From IMG/VR virus record IMGVR_UViG_3300033553_000842, positions 9,142 through 73,141 of that record: a stretch of 64,000 nt of DNA. One strand, written 5' to 3'. The stretch's first letter is position 1, and each line of letters starts with the position of its first letter. Below are positions 52,867 to 61,754 of the stretch, piece after piece. The translations under genes were made by a program, and so were the position numbers. This stretch comes from a virus. The notes beneath the pieces were generated by a model, which saw nothing but the letters and a program-made list of their open reading frames with translations, did no database searches and had not been told where the DNA came from.

Positions 52867-53208
52867 TTAGTATCCTCGCTCGGTGAAAAAATAGGTATCC
52901 CGCTTTACAGCGACTTTGTTGGGCATGGCGTAGAGGATGAAGAAGTCCCCATCCCGGCCCTGACAGAGATTGATCCGTCCCTGGTCATGCAGTTTGCGAT
53001 AGTAATGGATCCGAAGCTGATCATCCTGGTTCCACTCGCCCATGGAGCGGCGGCGGGAGATGATATGTCTTTGCTTTCGGGCCGGCCCCCAGCCAGTGAC
53101 CTCGAAGCTGGCGTGGGTCACCATCTCCTTGGCTTTCTGCAGCGGGATCTGTAACCGCTCGGAGATATCATGGGGGCATCGGGTGGTCGTGAGTACCTGG
53201 TCGGTCAT
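52867..53208 (-). CDS. Hypothetical phage protein
   Basis: 113 aa, tightly packed; LCQGRDG motif. Confidence 0.7.
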   Translation of the reverse strand: MTDQVLTTTRCPHDISERLQIPLQKAKEMVTHASFEVTGWGPARKQRHIISRRRSMGEWNQDDQLRIHYYRKLHDQGRINLCQGRDGDFFILYAMPNKVAVKRDTYFFTERGY

Positions 53209-54971
53209 TTTTTGAGCTCAATCATGTAATCAGTTTCGGGGCGTTTGTGGGTCACCTGAATGACCTGTGAAACGTGCGAAGTAAGCCGACGAAGGGCTTG
53301 GGCCGTGTGTTCCGCACGGTCCTCATCCATCGAGGCATCGATCTCATCAGCCATGAAGACCGAGAAGACACGGTTGGTAAGGATCTGACCGAGGGCGAGA
53401 CGGATCGCCAGGTTGGCGACGGCCTTTCCCGATCCTGAAAGGGTATGGATGCGCTGGTCATCGATCAGAATTTCGAAGTCGGCATCAATATCGACTTTGT
53501 AGCGCTCCCCACCGGTCATCTGGTTCAGCAGCATGGACGCCACTGAGTTCAGGGAAGGCAGTAGATGGGTCTTGATCTTGACCTTCAGATCAGAAACCGC
53601 CTTGCGGCTGTCCAGGTACTTGTCGGCCTTTATAACGAGCCCATCATAGACTGCCTTGTTGGCCTCATAGACCCGCTTGGCCCTCTGGTAGGTGCTCAGA
53701 GCCGATTCATAGACCCGAGCCTCAGTCACACGCTGCGAAAGATCCTCGGCAGTTTCGATCCAGCCCTCCAATTCCTCAAAGCGTTTCTGTTTCTCTTCCA
53801 AGCCTTTGGAATAGGTCTCGTAGGCTGACATCTGACGATGAAAGACCCGATCGGTTTCTTCCCACGCCTGACGGGTTTCGAGGTCCTTGGAACGGTCAGG
53901 AAGCTCTTTAACCTTCGCGTTGAACTCTTCCAGCCGTTGAGCCAGTGTCTCCAGCTTAGCGTCATTCTCCTTCAAACCCACCTGGCGGGCCCATTCAGAC
54001 CGGGAGATCTTCGGTTTTTCGACCTCGACAACATCCGCGTAGGCTTCCAGCCCCTCGGCCACCGGCCAGGAGTGTCCACACTCAGGGCATTCAAGATCCC
54101 CTTGGGCCAGGAGGCGCTGCTTGTCGTCCCAACGGTCCCGGGCATCGTGCTGGGCCTTGATCTCGTCGAGCGCTTCGTCGCTCAGGGTCCTGAGCTCCAG
54201 AGCCTCGATCTGGCGAGACGTGTTGACGGCTGATTTCTGCATCAACTCCCGGATGTCCTGATGCCCCTTGAGGATCACGACGCTGTCCTTGACCTTGCAC
54301 TTGGCAGGTTTCTTGGGCTTCTCAGGGGCCGACGACAGCGCCCCACGAAGTTCGCGGTATTCGTTGGCATAGGCCCTAGCCTCGAGCAGTTCGCTCTCAG
54401 CATCGAGCAGAGCCATCAGAGTTTCAGGGGCCTCGGGGGCCTCAGGCTCTACCAGTGTCCGCTCCAAGCCCACGGCCTCCCGCTTGAGCGCGTTGCCTTC
54501 GTCACCGCAGTGCTTGATGATCACGTCCAGGACGTTCAGTCCAACAGTCTGGTCGACCATGGCCTTGCGCTCGGCGGGACGCATTTTCGACAAGCCTTCG
54601 ACGTCACCCTGGTTGCAGCTGTTCGCCACATCAAAGACGGTCAGGTCATATCCAAGGATACGCTGGATAGCTTCGTTTACTGGCTTGGTCGCGGAAGCAC
54701 GAACGCCGCCCTCGAGCTCGGCCCGGGTCCCCTTGCGGACGACCTTGTAGTCCACATCATTGACGGTGAACTCGAGCTCGACGTGGAGACCTTTGTATTC
54801 CTCGGCCAAGCCACGCAGGGCCGCAGAACCAAAGAGAGCGTAGCGCACGGCTTCCGTGATCAGGCTCTTGCCGCTTTCATTTGGACCGATGATCCCTGTC
54901 AGTCCCTTGTGGAACTCAAAGGTCACGTCCTGGTGGTTGAACATTCCATTGATGTACAGTTTACGAAGCAT
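53205..54971 (-). CDS. SbcC/Rad50-like ATPase (recombination exonuclease subunit)
   Basis: GPNESGKS, CPEC zinc hook, LSGSG signature, FMADE, QVTH. Confidence 0.9.
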   Translation of the reverse strand: MLRKLYINGMFNHQDVTFEFHKGLTGIIGPNESGKSLITEAVRYALFGSAALRGLAEEYKGLHVELEFTVNDVDYKVVRKGTRAELEGGVRASATKPVNEAIQRILGYDLTVFDVANSCNQGDVEGLSKMRPAERKAMVDQTVGLNVLDVIIKHCGDEGNALKREAVGLERTLVEPEAPEAPETLMALLDAESELLEARAYANEYRELRGALSSAPEKPKKPAKCKVKDSVVILKGHQDIRELMQKSAVNTSRQIEALELRTLSDEALDEIKAQHDARDRWDDKQRLLAQGDLECPECGHSWPVAEGLEAYADVVEVEKPKISRSEWARQVGLKENDAKLETLAQRLEEFNAKVKELPDRSKDLETRQAWEETDRVFHRQMSAYETYSKGLEEKQKRFEELEGWIETAEDLSQRVTEARVYESALSTYQRAKRVYEANKAVYDGLVIKADKYLDSRKAVSDLKVKIKTHLLPSLNSVASMLLNQMTGGERYKVDIDADFEILIDDQRIHTLSGSGKAVANLAIRLALGQILTNRVFSVFMADEIDASMDEDRAEHTAQALRRLTSHVSQVIQVTHKRPETDYMIELKK

Positions 54972-55875
54972 TGAATTTCTCCATGATTTCCTCGCGGAGG
55001 TCCGGGTGGACCGCCTCGGAAAGGGCCGTGGCAATATCGAAGGTGTCGAAGTCGGTCGTGTCCATTTCGATCTCTTCGGAGTCTTCGGTGATACGCATCG
55101 GGATCACTGACAGGCAGTCGAGATCCTCAGGGATGGACTCTCCCTCCTTCAGCTTGAGACGGATGTTGAGATCACTCACGTCCAGACCTTCTAGCTGCTC
55201 CAGAGAAATCGTCCGGTACCAAAACCCGTTGGGGTCTTCCCCATGGGTGTAGGGTTGCATTGATCCCGTGATCTCGACCATCACCCCATGGCGCGTCTCG
55301 GTGCGTTGGATGTGGTCGTGACCATTGACGACGTGATCGATACCTTTGTTCGCCAGCAGCTTCGTCGGGATCACCTGATCGCCACCGAAATCGGTGTAAT
55401 CATGGTGCATGAAAACCGTCAGCAGGTTGTCAGGCAGGTCCTCAACGGTGTTGGCCACCGGGGTGAACGGATCATATGGGACGTAGGCATAGTCCCCCTC
55501 AACCAGAGGTTCGTTGACAACTGTGATGTTCGGCACATCATAAACCAGCCGGGTGAAGACGTCGAACGAGGAACGCTTGGTGCTGTCTCGGGAGACGTCA
55601 TGGTTGCCTCGGATGACAATGAAATCGACATCCCGACGGGCCCGGGCGGCTCTGAAATAGACGTGAGCAGCCTTGAGCACGACCTCAGGTGGTACCACAT
55701 GTTTATCAAAAAGATCCCCCATGCAGACGTGGGTATCGACGTCGCCGGGGGTCATAAGCGAGTTCTCGAACTCGTGCCATACCATAGCTTCGCGATCGCC
55801 AATGCGGTGCAAAGGTACGCCAGTGCGGAACTTGCGGCCGAGGTGAGGGTCACCGAGTGTTACGAATTTTGTCAC
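54961..55875 (-). CDS. SbcD/Mre11-like nuclease
   Basis: DPHLG, GDLFD, GNHD, GHDH motifs; adjacent to the SbcC-like gene. Confidence 0.9.
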   Translation of the reverse strand: MTKFVTLGDPHLGRKFRTGVPLHRIGDREAMVWHEFENSLMTPGDVDTHVCMGDLFDKHVVPPEVVLKAAHVYFRAARARRDVDFIVIRGNHDVSRDSTKRSSFDVFTRLVYDVPNITVVNEPLVEGDYAYVPYDPFTPVANTVEDLPDNLLTVFMHHDYTDFGGDQVIPTKLLANKGIDHVVNGHDHIQRTETRHGVMVEITGSMQPYTHGEDPNGFWYRTISLEQLEGLDVSDLNIRLKLKEGESIPEDLDCLSVIPMRITEDSEEIEMDTTDFDTFDIATALSEAVHPDLREEIMEKFNAS

Positions 55876-56399
55876 GCTGCGTCCTTTCCATAAAATTCTG
55901 TCTGTTGGTTGTTGCCTCGATCAAAGAGGTACCAAGCTGCGTTGTCTTTCCCGCTCATCCCGTTCTCCATCCAGCTGACCCGACCCACGGCCACGACCTT
56001 TTGCAATCTCGGCAGGTATGGTTTGGCTTGCTTGGTGAAGAGCCAGTCCCCGTCGAACAGAAGCCAGGTGGGCCTCATGTCCGACAGGTGCTTGATCAGA
56101 GGGTGTAGGATCTGACGGGTCCAAGGTGGGTTCGTGATGAAGAAATTGGCTTCGGTTTCCGGTAGTTTCAGAGCATCCAGTCGCTCAATATCCGAAGCCT
56201 TCGGATCGATGTCGAAGGCTTCGATGCAAACCCCGGGGGTCAAATTCTGGATATTCCGTATCAATCGACCATCGCCTGCGCAGGGTTCGCAGAACGTGAA
56301 GAACGTCTTGGGGAGATACGGCACCAGATCACGCACCGGTTTCTCCGGTGTAAAATACTGGTCATGTCTCCGACGTGGGAAGTCGCTGTGTTTACCCAT
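55872..56399 (-). CDS. Small N6-adenine DNA methyltransferase-like protein
   Basis: DQYFTP, EPCAGDG (motif I), DID, TNPPW (motif IV). Confidence 0.8.
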   Translation of the reverse strand: MGKHSDFPRRRHDQYFTPEKPVRDLVPYLPKTFFTFCEPCAGDGRLIRNIQNLTPGVCIEAFDIDPKASDIERLDALKLPETEANFFITNPPWTRQILHPLIKHLSDMRPTWLLFDGDWLFTKQAKPYLPRLQKVVAVGRVSWMENGMSGKDNAAWYLFDRGNNQQTEFYGKDAA

Positions 56400-56910
56400 G
56401 GGAGGTCTCCCCGGGGAAGTTCACTCGAGCGTATCGTCCAAATAAACTTAAAGCTTTTTTGTCATAAGCCTTTGCAGCGTCCCGGGGTTTTTTATAATAC
56501 CCTAGACGATGGACCCTTCCCTCAAACTGTACCCTAGCCGTGTAGAGGTCTTTACAATGAAGATAGACCCCTTTGTAGCCTGTACGGTTGTCCCTATGTC
56601 TCGGGACGTTGCCTGCATTCTGGACTGTGGTGGCCACCCTGAGGTTTTCCAAACAATCATTGGTTCGATCTAAGTCCTTATGATCAAGAATTTTCCCCTT
56701 AGGTAAGGGCCTCCCGTGATACATCCACACCAGGGTTGCATGACTGTGAGTTTTTCCTAGAAATCCAACCCGTCGGTAGCCATCGGAGGTAACTCTACCA
56801 GCTGGATCCCCTGGTTTTGATCGGTTAGAGGTAGGTAGTTTCCACCTTAACAGCTTAAGGTTTTCATCGTAGGTAAAGTGTTTTTGAAGAGCTTCATAAG
56901 ACAGTTTCAT
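56392..56910 (-). mobile_element. HNH-AP2 homing endonuclease
   Basis: LDHKD.DR.ND..ENLR.AT..QN; TGYKGV...LGY....AA.AYD AP2 domain. Confidence 0.9.
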
Positions 56911-57458
56911 TTCGTGTCCTCGTAGGCTTTCATCATCACTTTGATCTGGTGAAAAACGTCATATAGGGCGTCATGAGCATCCCCCTCGAAAGGGAGTTCT
57001 CTTTCAATATCAGGGGGAGGGTTTGGGAAGTACCTAGCTCGGATGAAAGAGTTCAGGTCTTCGGCCTCCCGATAGTGAAACGGATTAGGAACACCAAATT
57101 CCCGAAAGTAACTCTGCAAAAATGGGAACTCAAAAGAGGTGGGCTTTGCCACCAGTTTAGGTCGGCCTTCCTGACCCTCCATTGCGAACTTAGCTAACTC
57201 CGTGAGCACAAAATGGGGGGGCCTCATTTGAGACCATATCCGATCTAAAATGTCAGGCATACTGGACCACCATTTTCGGGTGTCTTCGTCCCAGTAACGG
57301 TTCGGGCTCGGAAGAAGGCTCATGTTGAATACCTTCGGATCGACAGACCCGCTCTCCAGGTTAAAGCGTACAGCCGCTATCTGGATTATATTGGTATGTT
57401 CTGGCTGTACCCCTGTTGTTTCTAGGTCCATCATTATCAGAGGAAAATCATTGCTCAT
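56907..57458 (-). CDS. DEDDh 3'-5' exonuclease
   Basis: MDLETTG, IIQIAAV, HDALYD. Confidence 0.85.
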   Translation of the reverse strand: MSNDFPLIMMDLETTGVQPEHTNIIQIAAVRFNLESGSVDPKVFNMSLLPSPNRYWDEDTRKWWSSMPDILDRIWSQMRPPHFVLTELAKFAMEGQEGRPKLVAKPTSFEFPFLQSYFREFGVPNPFHYREAEDLNSFIRARYFPNPPPDIERELPFEGDAHDALYDVFHQIKVMMKAYEDTK

Positions 57459-57880
57459 GTGGGGCTCCATTCGTAAGGCTCAAGGTCAGTCCACTTGGAG
57501 GACTTCGAGGTCTGGTTGTTGATCACGACCTGGGCCGGCACGAGGTACCACTTGTCCAAGGCGTAGGATTTGATGAAGAAGAGGTAATGGCCCCCAGCCA
57601 TGATGATCCGACGGGCCTGGGCCAGTTGGTTCTTCTTGATGTTGCTGTAGGGAAACGATGTTGGGTTGGTGGAGGACTTGACCTCACCAAAGAAGGTCAC
57701 TGATTGCAGCACCCCGACGTAGTCCGAAGGCTGGGCTACGACGAAGGCTTGCTTGCCCCCCGTAGCCTTAGCGGCTGCGGTATCTGTGAGGCGATGGAAG
57801 TAGGCCTTTTTTCCGAGGGCTTTAAAAAAGCCCTCGAACTCTTTTTCGGCTTGCTTCCAGAGGGGAGTGTTTTTGCTCAT
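57455..57880 (-). CDS. RecU-like / PD-(D/E)XK Holliday junction resolvase
   Basis: PSDY...EVKS, Q......GG.Y motifs. Confidence 0.75.
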   Translation of the reverse strand: MSKNTPLWKQAEKEFEGFFKALGKKAYFHRLTDTAAAKATGGKQAFVVAQPSDYVGVLQSVTFFGEVKSSTNPTSFPYSNIKKNQLAQARRIIMAGGHYLFFIKSYALDKWYLVPAQVVINNQTSKSSKWTDLEPYEWSPT

Positions 57881-57931
57881 GAAGTCGTTCTAACGAACAA
57901 CTTATAGTTCTCAAAGTATCAATACTTTCGA

Positions 57932-58315
57932 TTACACTGTAATCTTTCGATATGACAATAATGGGCCAGTAGTGTCCATCCGGCCTTGGCCTGTGCGATA
58001 GACTGTTTCGGGTTCAAAAACGATCTGGTGCCCCTTCATTATGAGAACACCCTCATCCAGGACCCGGGTATCAGCATCGATCAGCCGTACCATCTGTTTC
58101 CCCCCGGGTTCGACATAGATACCCCCCTCAACAAAGGGGACCATCACGTAGCAGGTGGGGAGGATGCCGTTGATCAGTTGGATCTGAACGCCCTTGAAGG
58201 TCGAAGAGTGAGCGAAATGGCGCTTGGAGATCTCTGTGACGTACAAAACCATATCGGAGCGCCGGTACCCCCGGCGCTCCAGATCAAAGATTTGCTTTTG
58301 GATCTTGGGGATCAT
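57932..58315 (-). CDS. Hypothetical protein
   Basis: 127 aa; ATGA overlap with gapR. Confidence 0.65.
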   Translation of the reverse strand: MIPKIQKQIFDLERRGYRRSDMVLYVTEISKRHFAHSSTFKGVQIQLINGILPTCYVMVPFVEGGIYVEPGGKQMVRLIDADTRVLDEGVLIMKGHQIVFEPETVYRTGQGRMDTTGPLLSYRKITV

Positions 58316-58572
58316 GCCATTCCCATTGCTTCGCGGTACATCTGCTCTACGGCCTCAGCCTCAGCGATGTCATCCGCATCCCGTTTCCGCAAGGCCACGA
58401 TCTTCATAATCGTAGGCACGTCATAGCCCCGGGCCTTGGCCTCGGCCTTGACCTCTTTTTTCTGTTCGTTGAGATCCTTGATCTCAGCGTCCAGGCGCTC
58501 GATGCGCTCAACGAACTGACGTAGCTCGTCGGCAGTTACGCGGTAGGTTGCGTCGGTTGTTTCATTTTCCAT
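58312..58572 (-). CDS. gapR: GapR / DUF2312 nucleoid-associated protein
   Basis: YRVTADELRQFVERIERL..E...KEV.AEAK.RGYD....K...LRK. Confidence 0.9.
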   Translation of the reverse strand: MENETTDATYRVTADELRQFVERIERLDAEIKDLNEQKKEVKAEAKARGYDVPTIMKIVALRKRDADDIAEAEAVEQMYREAMGMA

Positions 58573-59035
58573 TGATCAGATCCTTTACTTGCTTTTCAAC
58601 GCCGAGTTCTTCGGCTTGGTTTACGAGGGCAGTGACTAAATCAGGTTTCCACTGATCCCGCCCCCCGAACATCTGCATGCACAGGAAGCTCTCCAGACGG
58701 TCGGCCAGGTGGAGCCATTGTTTCTCGTCGTCGGCCAGGGGGGGCTGACCTACTCCCATGCGATCCCCTAAAACGAGCTCGAGCTCAGCCTGAGCCTTAG
58801 CGTGTTCAGGGTTCGCCACCTTAACTGGCCAGGGCATATCTCCCGCCAGCAGCTCTGGCGCGTCATGGAACATGGCGGCACGAACGAGATCCATTGAGGG
58901 GTTCTTGTTTAGCAGCAGGATCAGGGCCGCGACCCCCCACTGATGATCCCCATTGGTCTGCATGAACCGATTGATCACCTCTGGGTTCGCATGGTACCGG
59001 ACCACTTTGCTGCTTCTGTAAATTTCAGGTGTCAC
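58562..59035 (-). CDS. HD-domain nucleotide hydrolase (YfbR/DatZ-like)
   Basis: V.RYH, H.WGV, FHD.PE...GDMP.PVK, LADRLE. Confidence 0.85.
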   Translation of the reverse strand: MTPEIYRSSKVVRYHANPEVINRFMQTNGDHQWGVAALILLLNKNPSMDLVRAAMFHDAPELLAGDMPWPVKVANPEHAKAQAELELVLGDRMGVGQPPLADDEKQWLHLADRLESFLCMQMFGGRDQWKPDLVTALVNQAEELGVEKQVKDLINGK

Positions 59036-59205
59036 TTGCCGTAAACCTCCGCAGCCATGCGCTCGATCCGAGTCAGCTTAGGCTTTTCGTTTGGGTTCTT
59101 CTTGTTGGACGGGGAGCGGAACCCTTTGGGGTTCAGCAGCGCCATCCTCATGTGTAGATCAATGACCTTCTGCCGGTCCTTGGTATTATGCAGCGGCACT
59201 CTCAT
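59032..59205 (-). CDS. Small basic hypothetical protein (57 aa)
   Basis: Translated by hand; GGAG RBS; stop overlaps the GTG of the HD gene. Confidence 0.6.
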   Translation of the reverse strand: MRVPLHNTKDRQKVIDLHMRMALLNPKGFRSPSNKKNPNEKPKLTRIERMAAEVYGK

Positions 59206-61663
59206 GTTGTTCTCCTTCGAACAGATAATCGACGACCTTCTGGATGCCTATGTCGTCCAGCTTGGCGTCTTTGGTGAACCCGAGAATTTCGGGGGCCTCG
59301 TCCAGTTCGATCTGGCCGAGGGGGGCTTTGACCTTGTCGAAAGGTTCAAAGTTTCGTCCACAGGACGCGGTAGCGTCGAGCTTCAGAGTGGTGATGATAT
59401 CCGGGTGGTCGCACATGATCCGCTTGGCTTCGCGAACGAAGGCCACAACGTCATCTCTGTGAACCGAGAACACCAATTCATCGTGGATCGGCATCAGGAA
59501 CCGGAACCGATACTGGTTGTGCAACCGGTTGATGGCCAGGATTGATCTCTTGGCCAGGGTTGCGCAGGATCCTTGGATCATCGAGTTGACGATCTGGTTT
59601 CCGGCGCGGCTGGAGATACGCTTGACGAAGAGGTTTCCGAAATTCTGGAGACCCTGGTTGCGTGTCTGTGCCCAGCGATCAGACCAGAGTTGCTGCCAAG
59701 CGTAGCTGGCCTCAAACCGGTGCCGACGGTGACCATCGGGGAGCGTCACATATCCGTTCTGACGCGCTTCGAGGATCAGGTCCGTGCGCCACTTCTCTGC
59801 AACTGCGAAGGTGGTCCGGTATCGGTCGGTCATTTCCCACATCTTGTCGGAGGTCCAACCCATGATATCGCCTACCGTGCTCAGAGCGCCCGAGTACCAG
59901 TAGTTGAAGTTCGCGACCTTTCCGACTTTGTTACGCAGGTCCTTGGTGACCTCCGCGATCGCGATATCCATCAGGTCGGCCACGGCCTTCTTGTGGAGAT
60001 CATTGTACGGGATCTGACCAAAGGCCTCGGCAAAGGCCGGGTCACCGGAGAAGTCCCCGATTTCCACAAGCTCGACCTGAGACCAGTCAATCGAAATGAT
60101 GACGTGATCAGCCTCATCGGCCTTGTAGAACCCGCGGATGTAGGTGGCTTCCCCACGCTTTGCCAACTGCATGCCGTTGGGGGCAGACATAGCGAGGCGG
60201 CGGGAGTTCAACTTCGAAGACACAACCGGATAGACCCGGCTCGTCTCTGGGTCGATCAGCTGGGTGTAGGGCGTCAGGTACAGCTTCATGCGCTGTTCGA
60301 TGTTCGCCAGTTCCTTCATGATCTCCAGGAGATCATCGATACCCTTGCCCTTCATCTTGTCCCGGGCCTTGGCATCGGACGCGACCTTACCATCGGCCAT
60401 GCGTGGTTTCAGGCCTGTGAGGTCATACATGATCGAGCGCACAGCCATGTAGTAGCTGAGGTTCGGCCCCGGGCTCTTACGCAGGCCCCCATCCGAGGCC
60501 CAGGCTTCGGAGACGGGCCCCCCTGTGGTATAGACCGCCTGGAAGTCATCCTTAGGCAGGGGCTTGCTGGCCCAGTCCGAGATCTTCTTGCGGTACCCGT
60601 GGGGGTTTTTCTTGTACCAGCTGTCGTGCAGCAGGCCGGGGTTCAGCTCCTCGGGGTAGGGTAGCATCTCATTGAGACGTGCATGCATCTTGCGCAGCGC
60701 GGCCGCGTAATTGGTGCGCTCTTCCTCACGCTTTTGCTTGACCGCTTCGAGATCGATCACGAGACCGTTCGACCAGATCTCCGCGAAGACGTAGATCATC
60801 GGGTTCTCTTGGGTCATGAACGTGTCGAGCAGCTTGTCGTTCTGCGCGATCATCATTGGCAAAAGTTTGTGGAACAGACGGACACACCAGTAGGCATCAT
60901 CCGCCCCGTAGGCGCAGACTTCGTCGCCTGTCAGCTCACCCATATTAGCCTTGCCGTTGAGCACAGTCTTGAACTCGGTCTGCTCGAAGTGGAAAAACTT
61001 CTTGGTCAGCTTCTTGAGACCGTAGCCGTAGGACAGCTCCCGGTTCAGCCCGTTGTAGCTGTGGGCTGCAACCGACGTCTTGGCCAGGACCTTGGAGGCC
61101 AGGTCACTCTGGCTTTCGTTCAAATCCTGCAGGTCAGCGTTAGCAAATGCTCGGCCGATCGGCATCAACAGGTTCGAGAGGCCCCCAAAGCCACACGATA
61201 GCATATCGTCGATGGGGTACTGGTCCTCGTTGAAGGTCGACACCGCCATCTGCATTGTGCAGATCACGTTCGGCCCCAAGTCGAACCCAAGAGAACACTG
61301 CATCATCGTTAGTTCGAAAGGCGCATTGTGGCATAGGGTGTGGGCCTCATGGGAACGGGCGTCGAGGATCTGACGGGCTTCATCCCAAGGGATCCGGTTT
61401 TCAATATCGGCGTGGTTCAGGTTGAGATAGTAGGCGACGTCGGTCTCGTCGCAGTACCAGCTGAACCCGGTGACGACAGTGCGATTGACATCAAAGACCA
61501 GCTTCCGATTGCCCTTCATGAAACTGTTCAGCCCGTCGTGGCGATCAGGATCACAGGTCTCAATGTCGAACCCAACGAGGCCAGCGTCTTGGACCTCTTG
61601 GATAAGTTTGTCCTTTACGACGGCCCAGTTGCGGGCGTCGATCAATTCAGATCTTACGGTCAT
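59186..61663 (-). CDS. Family A DNA polymerase with 3'-5' exonuclease
   Basis: FDIET, HNAPFE, YGADD; motif A DWSQVEL, motif B R..GK.ANF, motif C IHDELVF. Confidence 0.93.
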   Translation of the reverse strand: MTVRSELIDARNWAVVKDKLIQEVQDAGLVGFDIETCDPDRHDGLNSFMKGNRKLVFDVNRTVVTGFSWYCDETDVAYYLNLNHADIENRIPWDEARQILDARSHEAHTLCHNAPFELTMMQCSLGFDLGPNVICTMQMAVSTFNEDQYPIDDMLSCGFGGLSNLLMPIGRAFANADLQDLNESQSDLASKVLAKTSVAAHSYNGLNRELSYGYGLKKLTKKFFHFEQTEFKTVLNGKANMGELTGDEVCAYGADDAYWCVRLFHKLLPMMIAQNDKLLDTFMTQENPMIYVFAEIWSNGLVIDLEAVKQKREEERTNYAAALRKMHARLNEMLPYPEELNPGLLHDSWYKKNPHGYRKKISDWASKPLPKDDFQAVYTTGGPVSEAWASDGGLRKSPGPNLSYYMAVRSIMYDLTGLKPRMADGKVASDAKARDKMKGKGIDDLLEIMKELANIEQRMKLYLTPYTQLIDPETSRVYPVVSSKLNSRRLAMSAPNGMQLAKRGEATYIRGFYKADEADHVIISIDWSQVELVEIGDFSGDPAFAEAFGQIPYNDLHKKAVADLMDIAIAEVTKDLRNKVGKVANFNYWYSGALSTVGDIMGWTSDKMWEMTDRYRTTFAVAEKWRTDLILEARQNGYVTLPDGHRRHRFEASYAWQQLWSDRWAQTRNQGLQNFGNLFVKRISSRAGNQIVNSMIQGSCATLAKRSILAINRLHNQYRFRFLMPIHDELVFSVHRDDVVAFVREAKRIMCDHPDIITTLKLDATASCGRNFEPFDKVKAPLGQIELDEAPEILGFTKDAKLDDIGIQKVVDYLFEGEQHESAAA

Positions 61664-61693
61664 GGCGACCTCTATGTTTGGGGGGGGGATGGT

Positions 61694-61720
61694 GACCCCG
61701 GGGTGGGAAATCCCGGGGTC
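61694..61720 (-). terminator. GC stem-loop between the putative SSB and polymerase genes
   Basis: GACCCCGGG-N9-CCCGGGGTC. Confidence 0.5.
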
Positions 61721-61722
61721 GA

Positions 61723-61752
61723 TTTAGGTTCTCACTCGAGTGAGAACCTAAA
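61723..61752. repeat. Perfect 30-bp palindrome
   Basis: TTTAGGTTCTCACTC|GAGTGAGAACCTAAA. Confidence 0.95.
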
Positions 61753-61754
61753 GT

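Noticed and set aside
50285-59035. Complete 2-aminoadenine (Z-genome) pathway
   Set aside because: MazG-like and HD genes are present but no PurZ/PurA homolog is visible in the window.
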